From assembly GCA_002633005.1 (NCBI GenBank), contig NMRA01000595.1, positions 194,225 through 258,224 of the forward strand: a DNA stretch of 64,000 nt, read 5' to 3'. The translations under genes and the position numbers were made by a program. The notes under the pieces were generated by a model. It worked only from the letters and a program-made list of their open reading frames with translations, was not told the origin of the DNA and made no database searches. Position 1 is the first letter of the stretch, and every line of letters starts with the position of its first letter. Shown piece by piece: positions 61,101-64,000 of the stretch. The DNA is from Phoronis australis. Taxonomy: Eukaryota > Animalia > Phoronida.

Positions 61101-62542
61101 GTCAAATTTAGGAATTCCTATCGGTGCTGATAATGTTTCATCGTTGTTTTATGCTGATGATATAGTGGTTCTTGCCGAGAACGAAGAAAATTTTCAGGGT
61201 TTATTGAATATAGTTGATAAATGGTGCTCTAAATTGAGGCTAATTGTCAATCGGGAAAAAACTAATGTTATTCACTTCAGATCCAAGCATGTCTCACGTA
61301 CATGTAGTTTATATCCATTTCGGTTGGGTCGACTAGACCTAGAATATGTACCCAAATATAAATATTTAGGAATAATTATAAATGAACATTTGAAGTTTTC
61401 TGAAACTGCTAATTTCTCTATCCGAATCTGCCGAGCTTTGGGCGCTTTAATTAATAAATTTAAAAAGAATAAAAATATGGGGTACAGAACGTTCACTACA
61501 TTATTCAATGCTTGTGCTGTGCCTGTTAGAGATTATTGCGTAGGTGTCTGGGGCGGCTCTAGTCTACAGGATTATGATGTCATTCAGAATAGAGCCGCGC
61601 GATTTTTCTTGGGCGTTCACAAATTCGCTCCTAATCATGCTGTTATGGGTGACATGGGGTGGGAATTCCCCAGTGTTAGGCGGAAAATTGAGCTTTTGAG
61701 AATGTGGAATCGTATTATTAATTTCGAGGGTGATAGACTAACATACCGAATATTTTGGTGGGACTACACTACTTGTACTAATAATTGGTCGTCTGAAGTT
61801 TTGAGCATTTTTGAAGAATTAGGGATTTCGGATTGTTTTCATGACTTACGTTCAATTAATCTGTCTCACTGTAAGAATATTTTGCATGATTTAGCATGTA
61901 ATAGGTGGTTGTTTGAAAGCTGTTCGAAACCAAAATTAAGAACCTATGTTTTGATGAAGAATGTCTTTGAAGTTGAGCCTTACGTGCATTTAGACTTAAC
62001 TCGGTCTAGTAGGTCAATTCTTGCTCAAATTAGAACCGGAACCCTACAGCTATTGGTTGATGTTGGGCGTTTTCGTTCTCTTGATTTTGATGACAGAATT
62101 TGCTGTCTTTGTCACACTGGTCAGGTCGAAACTGAACTACATTTTCTGTTTGAGTGTCCGTTATTCTTAGATGCCAGAAACATCTTTTATTGTCAAGTTG
62201 AGATTAAAAATCCACGTTTCCGTGCAGAAAGCTTTGAAAGTAAATTAATCACAATCATGCAAAAAGATTTTATTAGGAAAACTTCAGTTTTCATCAAAAA
62301 TATTTTTGAAGTAAGGAAAAATTATATTTATTTATGACCACTTTTATCTCGGCCTTCTCTTTCTGGTCCTCTTGCAATGCGCGTACACTTGTCTTTTCTT
62401 TTTGTATCATGTATCTAAAGTGACTTATAAGCCCCGTGGAGGGCTGGGTGTTCCTAGTCTTTGTAACGTATTCATTGTTTAAATTCATTTGAACACATGT
62501 CACTATAATAAAAAATTACTTACTTACTTACTTACTTACTTA
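58180..62542 (+). mobile_element. 5'-truncated, decayed non-LTR retrotransposon (APE endonuclease + RT + C-terminal CCHC; RTEX-like)
   Basis: APE motifs GDFNARI, SVVDYI and PDH; RT motifs YRGISLLS, QNGFR, FIDMQKAFD, QGDVLSPTLF, FYADD, YKYLG; C-terminal KPKLRTY and RICCLC...ETELHFLFECP. AATAAA is followed by an (ACTT)n tail at 62516-62542. Several frameshifts and stops. Confidence 0.92.
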
Positions 62543-62839
62543 TTGCCACTGCGATACCTGTAATTTTCACGTTCCCCATAACGATAGAATAAAGGTAGTT
62601 GACTGATATACAGTACTTTTGGACAGGGGTATGTACATATGGTCAAAAACACACTTCTTACATCATTTTGACATACTTCTTGTAGTTATTAGCTTTGGCT
62701 AGAGTTATAAGAACATAAAACTCGGCTGTGTTTATAAAATTTTAAAATAGCAGTAATCACAAAGAAAGTAACAAGTTCGTGTTCTTTGATTTGATTGGAA
62801 ATCACTGGTTCCCGCATGTCTGAATTTCGGTAGCATTAA

Positions 62840-63250
62840 AGGCTAATGCCACCCGATTTAATTAGTCTTTTTTGCCGTCCTAATCGGTCTATTTCCACAT
62901 CGCCTCGCGTACGGTCGACCTTACCTTGCCAAGAGGTGTTGCGTTAACCTGTGAGGAAGGTGAAAAACGACGCTAGCGACGTCAGTGGTTCATATGCATA
63001 GTGAATGCCGCTATGTTGCGGTGTATCGTTCCCGCTTGTCCGAACTAAGCAGCTGCGAGGAATGCGAGTATATAATTTTTTTTTACTTCCTCGAGAGTCC
63101 GAAATGCTTAGGAAGTGGCTCATGGTAGTGAAGAATGAAATGTACGCTGTAAATAGCAAGTATGACATCGTGTCTGTGGCCTGCAGACAACGTCGACAGT
63201 GCCTCACGAATGCCGGCTTACTATACCAAATAACTCCATACGTTCCGTAG
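62840..63250 (+). mobile_element. Left end of a second Kolobok-like element with a degenerate THAP ORF
   Basis: TTAA|AGGCTAATGCC terminus; ORF 63005 MPLCCGV...FFLLPRESEMLRKWLMVVKN with shifted-frame HRVCGL. The right TIR was not found in the window. Confidence 0.55.
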
Positions 63251-64000
63251 TCTGAGCTTGTTCACGGCGCCTCTTTAGTATTTCTTCATCACTGTATTCC
63301 TGTTCGAATTGATAGCCTGTAAGACTTAACGATCCACCTGCGAAGTCGGGATTGATGAGCCGCTCTAGCTCGTCCTAAGTCGGGATTGCGAGTTTCCATG
63401 TTGGCGTTTATTACGGACCGTTCTGTTTCAAAATGAATTATTCTCACTCTAACCAATACTTATATAAAAGTGAAACAAAGTCTGTCTCATTAGATGTAAT
63501 TTGAAATGCTTTTGGAGTGTTCGTGAGTGCACGAAATGATTTGAGAAGCCAGCAGTGAATAGTCACTGCTTTACCGGCTTTAGGTGCAATAAAACTAATT
63601 GACGGGACACCGAGGCCGTGTGAGCTCTAATTTATTGTTTGCTGGCAGAAACTGTTGTAAAGCAATTCGATTTCCACCCCACGACCAGGTGTAAGGGGAA
63701 TCTTTATTTACATTTACGTTACTCAAATAATGATTGTCAGTGTACAACTTCTGCCCTGACGGTGCTGTGGCCAAAGCGGAACCCGGCTGAATTCGCGGCC
63801 ACCGACCAGTAAGTCGATTTACAGTTTCGTGGCTAATTCACCAACATAATCAGGTGCACATTACTTTGGTTCACTAGTATAGTATTTTCTTGACTGGAAG
63901 TTTAGTTTTCACTGAACTTTGGTTGGTTTATGTTCGTGATGTCTTATCTGTTTCCGAGCCACTGGTCGGGATAACAATCCGCCCGGCCGCGACGGGCCTG

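Overview
This is eukaryotic, intron-rich DNA with some N gaps; it looks like a marine-invertebrate-type draft assembly, though the taxon cannot be determined here. The left half (minus strand) holds a multi-exon ankyrin-repeat gene in which each repeat is its own phase-0 exon. It has an N-cap exon at 25934-26011, two 96-nt-class exons with damaged donors, four 102-nt exons each carried on a ~3.49-kb tandem unit, and one intact 96-nt exon; the gene continues off the left edge. The tandem units are about 95-99% identical in introns, but their 102-nt exons are only about 67-92% identical with almost purely amino-acid-changing differences, which makes this a candidate diversifying repeat-receptor cassette array. 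One unit carries a young, internally deleted Kolobok transposon (THAP transposase plus KolX). Oriented head-to-head with the ankyrin gene is an intact 9-exon STAND (NB-ARC-like)-TPR gene of about 847 aa with no N-terminal effector domain; its introns hold Penelope-type inverted repeats with hammerhead-ribozyme cores. The right part contains a small Cys-rich resistin/PCSK9-C-terminal-like gene, MITEs, a minisatellite, a decayed RTEX-like LINE with assembly-overlap duplications, and a second THAP/Kolobok-like remnant. All exon models and counts were read by hand and are not confirmed by transcripts.
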